Source: Paraspadella gotoi (taxonomy: Eukaryota > Animalia > Chaetognatha). From it: 64,000 bases of DNA. Each line of letters starts with the position of its first letter. Position 1 is the stretch's first letter. The notes below the pieces were generated by a model. The model made no database searches. It was not told the origin of the DNA and saw only the letters and a list, made by a program, of their open reading frames with translations. A program made the translations under genes and the position numbers. The DNA is taken from positions 25,924,767 to 25,988,766 of the forward strand of contig CM119265.1 of assembly GCA_051294375.1 (NCBI GenBank). Direction: 5' to 3'. Shown here one piece after another: positions 1-11,500 of the stretch.

Positions 1-150
1 GGTCCTGGGCTTGGAACCAGGCTTTTCCACGCCCCCAAGGCGGCTTACAGTCGTCCTCGCGCTTCCCGCAGGCTAGGTACCGGGTTGGGATTGAACCCGG
101 TACCTAGTGGTCATGAGCTGATGGCTTTACTCAATGAGCCACCGGGTCAC
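1..150 (-). mobile_element. tRNA-derived SINE-like element (head at ~150, body runs off the window start)
   Basis: Minus strand reads GACCCGG-TGGCTCATTGAGT (A-box-like), CT-CAT-GA (Met-like anticodon loop) and GGTTCAATCCC (B box). It then continues into a non-tRNA GC-rich tail, with no complete acceptor stem. Confidence 0.6.
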
Positions 151-537
151 GACTGAAGGTGTCATGCTTAATATTAGAAAAACGAAGCTATGCAACGTTT
201 CAGAAACTTTAAATAAAAGCTAACATTAAAAGTAGAACCTTTGTCATATTAGTCAACTGCCACGAAAAGCATTAAAGTGAGAACTGAAAAGCAAACAACT
301 TGATTCCCGTCAATTTTAGTCAGCAATCGAATCCAACTTTTTATATCGAACTTCGAGAACAAAGTTCCACTCTTTAAACTTGGTTGAACCAGAATAAATC
401 CTTTGTTGTCAACTCTTTTATTTAGATTTTCAAAAAATTTGGATCTTTAAACTAGCCCGGCTACGGAAAGTACAATGCGGAATTTAGTCATCTCTTCCGC
501 GAATTTTTAAAAATATCTAACCACAAAAATCAACAAC

Positions 538-3500
538 ATGAGCCAAGAAATTTTAATATCACCCTTTAATGATTATGGGGCGACGAACAAACTCAAACCA
601 AATTCATTTTCAAAGAGCGATGAATGCGATGACGTAAAGTTCGAATTGGAAGAAACCGAAAAAGATAGACCAACGGTGAAAGAAAAGTACGGCCATTATT
701 TCACGGACGGAATACGCCAAATAGATTTCATTTTAGCGTATGAAGAGGGGCTGAACACTGAAGAAGGCAAAGATCCAGTCTTAAGGTACAAAAGCAATCA
801 AAATTTACAATCTACAATCAAGATTACGTAATAGCAAATTCTCTTTTTCAGAAAAACCTTTGAAAAAAGGCTCATCGAGGCAGGTTTGGAACTGGAGGAA
901 GAAAGTACGGAGGGTAATAAGGCCTCAACAATTTTTGTCAAAATCCATATAAACTTTGCACTTCTTGTGAGTACGACATACAGGGGTGGGACCATATATC
1001 GAGACATTATATATATTTTATTATTGTATCTCAAATCGTTCAGACAGGGCAGGACGTTAAATTTTGTCTCGATATCGGGTCCCACTCCTGTAATGCTCAA
1101 TGAAATGGTTTATTTTTCTTAATGGATGACCTTTTGATAACTGTATTGTGTCTGCATTTTATTTTTTTCAATAATCTTTTATTTTCAACTTGAATCCCAG
1201 TGTCGCTATGCGGAGGAACAGGGCTTCAAAGCTCCTCTCCAAGTCGTCCCCAACCCAACCTCCAACTTTTCCGCCAAATGTTTGTCGATCATAAAATTAC
1301 CCAATTTCATGATAGAGGAGCCTTCATCGAAACCGCTCAATTATTATACCTGTGCGTTCAAACGGAACAAACTGACCAAGTACTTGGGGTCGGACCACTC
1401 AGAGAGCTTCTTCGGGAACCGTCACCGTTCGCGAATCGTTTACGAAATATTACAGTCGACGGTTTACGGAAAGCGAAAGCGAGGGGAGATCGGGATTGAG
1501 CGACTGTTGGAAGAAGGAATTTACAAAGCCGGTGGGATAAGGACTCATTCTGTCAAGATATGAATAAGTCATTTAATTATCTTTCGCCAAACATCCCTAT
1601 TCACATTTTTAGCGTTTCCGCTCCACGACGGCCCCAGCGAAGCATCCAAAACGCCGGAGGCGCTGAGTAATCCCCGACAAGTGCTTCGTGCCCACTGGGC
1701 CGCTTGGAGCAAATGGTACAAATATCAACCTCTAGATAACGTGCGAGATTACTTCGGAGAAAAGATTGGCTTGTACTTTGCTTGGTTGGGTTTCTACACA
1801 GCTTGGTTACTGCCCGCTTCCATTGTTGGAGTTTTGGTTTTCAGTTATGGCATCGCGACGATGTATAGGTACAAGAAAGAAAAATATCATCATATATTTT
1901 AAAATTGACATCGTCAGTAAAATTGAATTTTAAGGTACACTCCGGCGAACACGATTTGCTCGTCTGGAGAGGAGTTTCTCATGTGTCCTTTGTGCGAAGT
2001 CTCTGCTGGATGCTCCTCCTGGTTCTTAAACACGACCTGTGGCTTCGTTCGAGCCAGTTATCTCTTCGATCACGGCGGCACCGTCTTCTACGCAGTCTTC
2101 ATGTCGTTCTGGGCAGTTTGCTTTCTGGAGAATTGGAAACGGAAGCAAGTGAGAGTTAAAATAATTGTTTCATAAGATCTCTATTGAAAGGCGCAATTTA
2201 CTATTTCGCGAAGAGAGCTTCACTGGAATTCCGCTTTCGGATTCAAAAATGAAAATGGCGAGATTTATCTTCATTGTCACTGACAATGAATCGAAATTTC
2301 ATATCGACTGATTTGAACCATTTCATTTTCCCCAGGCGTCTCTAGCGTACCACTGGGACTGCTTCGGCTACGAGGAGGAAGAAGAGCGTCCCCGGCCAGA
2401 ATTCACGGCCAAGGCGCCTACATTCGAGAAGAACCCCGTCACCGGCGCCATGGAACCCTCGTTCCCCAAATCAATGCGAATCCCGCGCCTCCTGACGAGC
2501 GTTTCCGCCGTCGTTATGATGGTCGTCGTCGTCGTGATATTCATCGTCGCCGTCATCGTGTATCGGACGTTGATTCGCGGGATGCTTTACGCTAATCGTG
2601 ATCTGCAATCGTACGCTTCGCCGATGACTTCGATCTCGGCGGCCATCTTTAATCTCATTCTCATCATGGTGTTGAGCAAGTGAGAAATGGGTATGGGTTC
2701 AAGTTAGAAGGAGAGATTAATCTTAATTTATTGTAGAGTTTACGAGGCCCTGGCGAAACTTCTGACGGATTGGGAAATGCACAGGACGAACACCGACTAC
2801 GAAGATAATCTCACTTTGAAAGTTTTCGTCTTTCAATTTTGCAACATTTATTCGTCCATCGTCTACATCGGATTTTTCAAAGGGAGATTCGTAGGATATC
2901 CCGGTCATTACACCAAGTGAGAGAAGGCCAAACAATTTTTGACCCCAGTTGAGAACTTTGAGGGCAGTAAAGAGCATTCCTTTGGTGCTCTCTTCAATAA
3001 CAGAATCTTGGGAATTCGAAACGAAGACTGCAACACGGGTGGGTGCCTGATAGAGTTGGCGCAACAACTGGCGGTGATTATGATCGGCAAACAGATCATC
3101 GGCAACGTTCAAGAAATGCTCCTTCCAAAACTGAAAGGCTACTTTCGACGAAAGAGCGTCAAGAGCAGAATGGATAAAGATCAAGATCTCACGCCTTGGG
3201 AACGGGTAGGTCTGTGGAGGAATATAAATTTGTTGAGAATAAATAAAAATCTCTCCGTCCTCTCCTCCCCTACAATCTGTGCAGGACTACCAACTGGTCG
3301 GTTACGAGGGGCTCTTTCAGGAATATCTCGAAATGGTGATTCAGTTTGGCTTCATCACCATTTTCGTGGCGGCTTTTCCTTTGGCGCCACTCTTTGCCCT
3401 TCTTAACAATTGGGTGGAGATTCGACTGGACGCGGGAAAACTTGTGACGGAGACGCGACGGCCAATCGCGCAAAAGGCCGAAGATATCGGAATATGGTAG

Positions 3501-4320
3501 AGTCGACTTTGAAACAAATGAACAAAAGCCTGAAGAATCAGAAAAGCAATAAAGGAATCGTACATTCTGAACAAACAAAAGATGAAATCATTCCACCGCC
3601 GCATCCCGAACAGGTTCGACGTACTGGAATATCTTGCAAAACTGGCTGTGATCGCCAATGCTTTCTTGATCGCCTTCACGTCGACCTTTCTGGACGAGTT
3701 GGTTTATTCCTACACCACCGAGGACTACGATCTCGTCGGCTACGTCAACCACACCCTCGCCGTCTCCCTTAACAACTCCGACGCCGGACAGACTTGCCGA
3801 TATTCCGGCTACCGAGACGAAAACGGTTCGTGAGCCTTCGACTCGATCGGATCAATTCGATAAAACAATTCGCTTATCAAATATCTTAGGAGAAACGACC
3901 ACTTTCTACTGGCGCATGCTGGCGGCCAAGTTGGGTTTCGTCATCATCTTCGAACACGTGGTCTTCTTTGTCGGCAGAATGATAGACATCATGGTGCCCG
4001 ACATTCCTGAGGTCTTGCAACTCAAAGTCAAAAGGGAAAACTATCTGGCGAAGCAGGCGTTGGCCGAGGTGGGAATTAAGGGGGAAGATGATGATATTTG
4101 AAGAGATTACATTATACTCGTTTAATTATAAATTGTTAGGTCTCACGTTAAATTATTAATAAAATCGCAATAAATCGATTAGTTTAATACGATTGTTTTA
4201 TTTACTATTTTTGACCGTCTGATAAATATATAGAAGCAAATATTAGTTGAGAACGCAGTACGAGATATGAGTAGGAGACTGGCTCTCTCTGTACGAGTTA
4301 CAAACAAAAGTAGTCGATAA
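538..4320 (+). CDS. ANO: Anoctamin/TMEM16 family Ca2+-activated channel or scramblase, multi-exon
   Basis: Spliced exons give family motifs: [118 protein letters not shown]. Introns are GT-AG. The last exon (KQILVENA...SSR*) ends at 4320 and is the least certain. Confidence 0.95.
981..1090. mobile_element. MITE, Tc1/mariner-type, in anoctamin intron 2
   Basis: ~26-bp imperfect TIRs (caggggtgggaccatatatcgagaca / tgtctcgatatcgggtcccactcctg), with TA directly flanking both sides. Confidence 0.8.
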
Positions 4321-4462
4321 AAATATTAAAAAACTATTTTTCGTTCCAACGATAAAGAGGGCAAACCCGCATTGGCGACACCGAAATCCGAAACTTTCTC
4401 GAAACTATAAAAACCAGGACGAAATCTACATTTCCATTTTAACTCCCTTCATTTTTGTTGTC

Positions 4463-5102
4463 ATGGAACCAAAAATTGGATTAGTTTCCCTTTTGTTCGT
4501 AATCGCAGTCGTGGGCGTGGAGTCTTTAGCGCCTCCGCCTCCGCCTCCGGATTTTGGACCACCCTGCTTATGTCCCGTCAACAACGGTAATAATATTGAT
4601 CAATAATTTAATTATTACTTTCTAATTTACTATATTATTTATATTCGCATCAACTAAATTTTTTCCCAACCAAACTTAAGATGGAAACCCTCCTACTTGC
4701 TCCTGCGACTTCGAGAGCTCTCCCATCGACGAAGCCTTTTGCTACTGCGACCGAAGCCCCATCCGCGGTCGGCCCGACCTGAGGACCTGCAATTGCAAAG
4801 TGCCACGACCGTTCAGTCTCCCGCCGTGCCCGCCGACAAATCCCGGGCCGCCCGGAAGCGGAGCAAGTTCCGGCCAAGGGACCTGGCCGGTCGTGGGGGA
4901 GCCGGGATCGATCGGCGACACGCAACCCGATTCCGTCGTTGTTAGACCTTATCCGTGCCGGAGCGGCCCGCCAGGGGGACCGCCAGGTGGACCGCCGGGT
5001 GGACCGCCGGGTGGACCGCCGGGTGGACCGCCGGGTGGACCGCCGGGTGGACCGCCGGGTGGACCGCCTGGGCCAAGAGCCCCCAAGTGCATTTGCAACT
5101 GA
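4463..5102 (+). CDS. Small secreted Cys/Pro-rich protein with a (GPPG)9 repeat; 2 exons (4463-4586, 4681-5102), 181 aa
   Basis: ATG plus hydrophobic signal-like MEPKIGLVSLLFVIAVVGVES, then poly-Pro. An AT-rich phase-1 GT-AG intron joins in frame to DGNPPTCSCD...PKCICN*. Contains 12 Cys, including five CxC motifs. Confidence 0.8.
4965..5072 (+). repeat. 12-bp coding tandem repeat (ggaccgccgggt)x9
   Basis: Directly visible; encodes GPPG x9. Confidence 0.95.
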
Positions 5103-5560
5103 AGATGTTTTTCGAGCTTGCAAGCTTTTACATATCTTTATCCAAAAACTAAATTAACTGAAATAATTTTATCTAAATAAAACCAATTTATCACGGAAAA
5201 AGACTAATATTAAATTATTGAAAGCGCCTTTTTTTTTAAACAAGAACTTCTCGGGTGTGGAAGCACAGAATAGTAATATTTATTGATAGTGATATCTAGA
5301 CTGAAGAGGGGATTAAGAGTTTTGTGGCTTTGGCTTTATAGTCTCTGCGTAAAAAGAAAGAAAAGTGAAAAAAAAAAACATTGTTAAGCGTAAACTATAT
5401 AAAAAAAACGGAAAAAAACTTTAAATCATGATTTAGTTATATCACCCCACTACAGGAACTACGATTTGTCGACTGGGCTGTCATAAGCGCGAGCTGAAGA
5501 GAAAGCAAAAAAGATTGGCGGAGGAAAGCTTTTCGTCACTTCCCTTCGCCCAAGCTCCAA

Positions 5561-7251
5561 TCATTGTTCCCTGGCGAAGACAGAGCGACGAGCGATTTTG
5601 CGCGAAGAAGAAAAAGAAGAAGAGGAGAGAGATTTCTGTCTGATGAGTTTTTGCGAAGTTTCGCCGCCAGGAGTTTTATTGTCTCCAACATCTCCGATGT
5701 CTTCCGTATCTCGTTTATTGAGATTCGTTGTTGTTGTTGTTGTTATCTTGGCGCCGCGTAGATTAATAGCGTCGTGCGTGGTTTCTCCGTACGAGTCCCC
5801 CTCGCTAAAGAGTTCGGGATAAGCCAGTGAGCGGTAATCGATTCCTGCGATCAAAAAAAAGGTGAGTAAGGCTGGTCAATGTCGTGGTGATGAAGGAAAT
5901 TCTCATGGGAGAGTCTGTTTTAGTTAAATGGGCCAAACAGCCTATTTAAGTTATTCACATATAATTGTGAGAAAAAGGAAACATTTAATTACTTAATGCT
6001 GGAAAGAAATTTCACAAAAGACACGAAGTTTCTGAACGTTAATAAAAAAGGAAAATATTCACCACCACGGTCTTCAACTCCCTTACTCACAACCGATGCC
6101 CCTACCTTTTTCCCCCAGCAGCCGCAGGGTAAGTTTCTCGAGTCTAAAGAGATGATTGTCGTCGACTCCGGCCAACTCGTTCCTCATGAAGTCGCAGATC
6201 TTGACGAGGTACTCGACGTTGTGGCCGCTCGGTCCGCAGGCCGTGGCCACGCCCCGCGCCATCGAGGACATCTTTGAGGGACCGAGGTAAAACTCGTTGT
6301 CGCCGGTGGCGCTGAAGACGAGGGCGGGAACGCCGGTGGCAGTGGGCGTGGTCGAAAAGGTGGGAGACGCGGTGGACGAGTAGGGGAAGAACTCGGTAAA
6401 TCCTAGACGATACCCACCGAGAGAAATTTCTCGCATGACCAAGTGCTCCATCGCATCGGCAATCTATTAATAATAGATAGATAATAATAGTATTATAAAA
6501 GGAAAATACGTTTTTTCTTTATTAAATGTATAAAAGTCGGTAAAAGAAGCTTTCCTTTGGTGACCACAGACCAAATATATGCTCAAAACCATTACGTTTA
6601 TACCTGCATCCGCGTTTCGAGAAAAAATGCTTTCCCGTATGTTCTTTTGTTTCGACGCGGGATGAGAGTGGCCACGCGACCAGGGCGCCCCTTGCGGCCG
6701 CGATGAGTTTCGTTCCCTTGCCACATACGACGGACGAATCCGTTGATGTAGCCGACGTGCGACTCTGATGCGGGTAAGATGAGGTCAAGCATCAAATTTT
6801 CAAAATTATTAATAAAAGAGAAAATGTAAATTAACAATATATTACAAATTCTAAGCAAATAGCATAATTAAAAAAAAAAAAAAAGACTGACAGAAGAATA
6901 AAGTTTAAAATCGCACCCTGAAACTCGATCCCTGGTTTCCAGACGATGGAACCGTAGCCAAAGACGACGAGTTTCTCCAATCGTCCGTCGATGCCGCGCC
7001 AGCAGGGCGGCAGCATCTCAGGGCCGCCGCAGCCGGCGAACAGTGCGCATGAAGCGATCTGGAAGTGGAATGGGTGAATAGATCTTGGTTTTATCCCAAC
7101 TATTTTACCGTATATCGTATACATACATACATACTGCACACGAGAGCTAAAAGTAAGAAGCTAGCATTTTATGGCATCGTTTGCAGTTCTTAGTATGTAA
7201 AGTGTAACCTCGTCTGATCATATTCACCTGTTCTTCAAACGTTTGACGCAT
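5561..7251 (-). CDS. CHAC: ChaC-family glutathione-specific gamma-glutamylcyclotransferase, 5 exons
   Basis: Motifs VFGYGSIVWKPG, GYINGFVRRMWQG..THRG..PGRVATL, L..RE..LGGY, GPSGHNVEYL, D.HLF.LE, with in-frame GT-AG joins. The start could be the ATG at 7251 or at 7016. Confidence 0.92.
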
Positions 7252-8507
7252 GTTTGAAGGTTGTCGCACAGTGAGGGGGGGAGTAACCAGGGGCTTGGAC
7301 GAGAAAAGTCGAGTAAGAGTTTTGGAGATCGAAAGTGACCGATCCACGATGAGGAGAGTACGACGATCGAGCGGCGTAAAATGAGCGAGGTATCGGGGGG
7401 GGGGGTTAGTTGTGGATAGGCGAAGTACCGAAGCGATATCCCGGGGGGGGAGAAAGGATGACGGAGGATTTAAGGACGGAGGGAAGACGACGCGAGGGAT
7501 TTCAATCAAAGCCAAAGTTTAACGGCGCCAGAAACGAGATACGGAAGACACGAAGACGGTGGGCGGTGGCGACGACTTCATCGTCGCTATTTTCTCAGTT
7601 TATGACGAGGACGCAAACGAATCTTGATAAAGGGCGTTTTCGAGGGGGCGAGGGGAAGGGCGGTGACGACGACACCTCCGCAGCAACACCCGCGACAACG
7701 ACAACAACACATGATGACGTTCGAGAAAGAAGCGAAGAAAAAAATTGAAATTCGAAGTTGAAAAAGGAGGACGCTGTCGGTTTGACGGCGTAGAAAGCGT
7801 AGTAAGCGAGCGAGTGAAGACTAAAAGGAATCGGTCAAAAAACAAAATCGGCGCTTTTTTATCTGTAAAAAAATAAACAGGAAAATATGAAAAATTATTT
7901 TCCCCCTCAATAATATTTCATATCCTAGCTAGCAAAAATATAAGCGGGAAATGACGAACGAGCTAATAATTGGATAGTGAGAACATTTAGCTGGATGACG
8001 ATAATGTCGAATGCTGACGTCGAAGGGGCGAAGCGTTGCGGTCATCGATTCATGATCTGAAAATCATGTTCGGGGGATTAAACTTCTCGAGCGAATTCGG
8101 CAAAACCGTCGACCAATAAGAGAAGAGAACGCGATTTCCAGCCAATGAAAACGCAGCAAGAAACTGTCTCGTTGGCAATAAGAGTGATGCAATGACCGGG
8201 ATACGTGAAATCATATTTCAAGGAGAAGAATTTAGTAGAAAAAAATATTTCGGGTACAGAAAAGTAGTCTAACGATCTGTTTCTTGTGACTGAGTCTCAA
8301 AATCTAAATGTTTTTTTTATAATAAGTACCGTTCTAAATCAAGGAAACAAAAGTTAAATATTTATATTATTATTATTATTATTATCGTATTCACAAATAA
8401 TGATTCTGGGGCCCAAAACTCTCACAACTTTCGTAAAAAAATATAATGGCAGTAACAAAAAAATACACTGTCCAGTGTAAAGGTAATAAAAAAGGACAAT
8501 TCTATAA

Positions 8508-11500
8508 CTATTTTTGACTGTAATCCCCGGGTGGCAAAATGGGACCGTCCCAAATTCCCGACGATCCGCGTTTGAAGTACCGCTTCTTCACCGTCTTCGT
8601 GAATATTCGAGACAAATCTGATGGTGATGAAAACAAAAAGTAAATAATCAAATATTCTCTCATTTCCGCCTCCGACGACCGCACTTGGTCAACAACGGCG
8701 GCGCCGCCATTTCCGATTATCTCTCTCTCACCGGGCGCCTCCACGATCCCGAACAGATCCGCCAAGTTGGGTCTGTAGTAATCGTTTCGCAGAAGGATAT
8801 TGCGGAGGTTGGACTTTTCGGCCCAAGAGGGAATCTTCTTTCGAGGGTGCTCGTCGTCGTCGGTGTCGTCGCCGGAGGAGAGGTCGTCGATCACGTAATT
8901 AGTCGCCGTCGAAGGTCTTAAGAGAAAAAGGAGTTGAGAAATCTAAGGAAAATCTTCGCACTAATCAATACTGGCTTCTTAAAAAAACTGAAGAGAAGGA
9001 CGACAAACTCTCCCCCCTCCAGTAAAGTCTTACTCGGGCAGTCTCTGGGGAGTCATCTCGTAGGAAGAACAGTCTTCCTCTGCGACCGAGGTGTCGGCGA
9101 CGTAGGTGGAGTTGAGCACCGGCGCTTTTGAAACTGTCGAGGGAATGAATGGAACCGGAGGCTTGGCGACCTTAGGAAAGGGAAAAGGAGAAAAAAAGCA
9201 TGAAAAAAGTGGGGCAAGCTAGTTTAACGATACCATTCTTTAATCTTTAACACTAGTCAAACACAAACAGACGGATGGCCCTGCGAACCTCGGCCCGAGA
9301 TTTGACCGCCTCTTCCTCCGCTTTTTTCTTAGCCGCCTCCCGCGCCTCCGCGACGGCGCGTTCCTGCTCCGCCTGCTTGAGACGCAGACGTTCCATCTCT
9401 TGCCGCTGACGCTCAACCCTCTCTCTCTCCATCTCTTTCTTTCGTTGATCCACCAACCGCTGGCGTTCTCTCTCCTTTTCCTCCGCCAAACGACGCATTC
9501 GCTCACGCGAGCTTTTCTCCTCCGCCAGTTTTTCTAATCGCTGAGCTTCTTCTTGCCTTGGGAAGGGGAGGAAAAGAAGGACACAATGTGACCGTTTTTA
9601 GGTTCATTGAATACTAAATTATATTAGGGATGAGATCAACATTCGACAAAATAAATCACAAAACGGAGATCTACTATCACCGCTGAATAAAAAAGACAGT
9701 GTGGCGGTATATTCACACCGCCTCACGTCCTCCATCGTTCAGCCAAATCCATTGGCTCAGAGGGGGAACACACCATCCCAGGCGTAGTGTTCCATCCCCA
9801 GTTCTAACGACTTCCCTCTGCGTTGGCAAAGCGAGACCGTCCTAGGGTAACCGCGCCAGTGACTGGAGGCGTCACTGAGGGTCGGAAGCCCCCAAAGCCA
9901 ACAGTGAGATGCCCCATCCCAATGGGCATCACAGGCAACCCGGCTGATGCCATAATAGTACAATTGTTCTTACCCAATTCCTAACAAATTTTATGATTCG
10001 ATTTCGTAAATTTTTTTCCCCCCTATCAAATTAAAAGCAGACTAATTGCTAATCTAGGTGACTTGATCCTGAACATGCTTACTGACGAACAATCGATAAA
10101 AGGTTCCCCACCTCTTTTGTTCGCTCAGTTTCCTCTGTCGTTCCTTCTCCTGCTCCTCCAACCTCCGCTTATTCTCGACGGCCCTCTTATTCTCATCCTC
10201 CAGCAGCTGCTGCTGCCGCGCTGCCTTCCGCTCTTCCTCCTCTTTCCGCTTGAGTTCGGCCAACTCGTTCTTGCGCAGCTGCTCCTTCTTCTTCTCCCGC
10301 TCCTCCTTGTCCTTCTCCTCCTTTTTCTTGTTGGCCAGAGAGGCCAGGGCGTTCTTGGTCTTGGCCATCCTTTGTCTGTTGGCCTCGTCTTGCTTGAGTC
10401 GCTCCTGTCGGGCAAACTCGGCCCTTTCCTGTCGCTCCTTGTTCTTCCTCCTTAGCTCCTCCGACTCCGCCTCCTTCTTCTCCTTGAGACGCAATTTTCG
10501 CTCCTCTTCCTTCTGCTCCTTTTCTTTGAGACGAGCCTTTTGATAGAATGAGAGGAATAATTAAAAAAAAAAAAAAAAAAAAAAAACTGAACTACGTTAT
10601 TGCTTACAAATTTACCTACCTGTTTTAATACAAATTCCTCCGTTGGAGATATTAGCCGGTTTGGAGTAACCTTCTTCGGCAGAAAAGAGGAAATTCCGCT
10701 GGCAAACTTTCCTCCTGGTAAAATGATAGCATACGAACTTGTATTTCATAAATTTAAACATCGATAAGTCAAAACCGCACAACTAGCAACGAACCGGTCC
10801 CCACGGAAAACATCTTAGAAGTGGACTGCGCAGAAGAGGGCGTGGTCAATTTCGAAGGGTAGCGTCCGAAGCTGGGGGTGTTGGCGGCGAGCGGAACTGT
10901 GCGCTTGTTTGGGGCCGCGGTTTTGGAGGCACTAGACAATAACTTCATCTGAATTGTGCGAATCGCCTGAAGTTAAAAAGAATTCATAGGGAGCTCACTT
11001 TTATATTAGACAAGCAGACTAGACAAGAAATGTAAAGAGAATGAGTCTCGCCAACCTTGGAAGCGGAAGCGCTGTGGATGGGGGTGTGCATGGGGCGGCT
11101 TGATTGAGTGGGCGAAGCTTTTGCCGTCAATCGGGGAGACAATCTTCTCGTCGGCACAGCCGGAGTTTTTAGAGACAACGTCGACATCTGCGTCCGGGCT
11201 CCGGAGATTTCCCCAGTTTTTTCTGCAAATAAAGTAAAATGGATTAACTTTCAATAATAAGAAAATTAAAGCAAACCAGCACAAGGTATTAACGGGGCCA
11301 AAATTTATCAGTTTGAGTTCTGTAGTATAAAATTTCTTCATCTAGTCCGACCTTTTCCCGCCACCGCCCGGAACTTGGAACGGGTGCATCTCTGAGGCGG
11401 CGCTTCTTCTTCCTCTTCCTCTTCCTCCTCAATCTTCTCTTCTTTCTTCCTCGCCTTCGTCCTCGTCATTCTCACTGGAGGCGGAGACTCTTCTTCTTCT

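Noticed and set aside
4965-5072. Collagen domain
   Set aside because: The period is four residues, not Gly-X-Y.
4650-5157. Overlapping RRST, WTAG and VDRR repeat ORFs
   Set aside because: These are alternative frames of the 12-bp repeat; only the GPPG frame connects to the signal-peptide exon.
9689-9951. Naming the INCENP intronic element as RNase P, SRP, 7SK or telomerase RNA
   Set aside because: The + strand has an ACAGGCAACCCGGCTGA resembling RNase P CR-V but no CR-I partner. The - strand has GCCGGG..CCTGTGA resembling the SRP Alu domain but no helix-8 motif. There is no GAUC pair and no CUAACCCU template.
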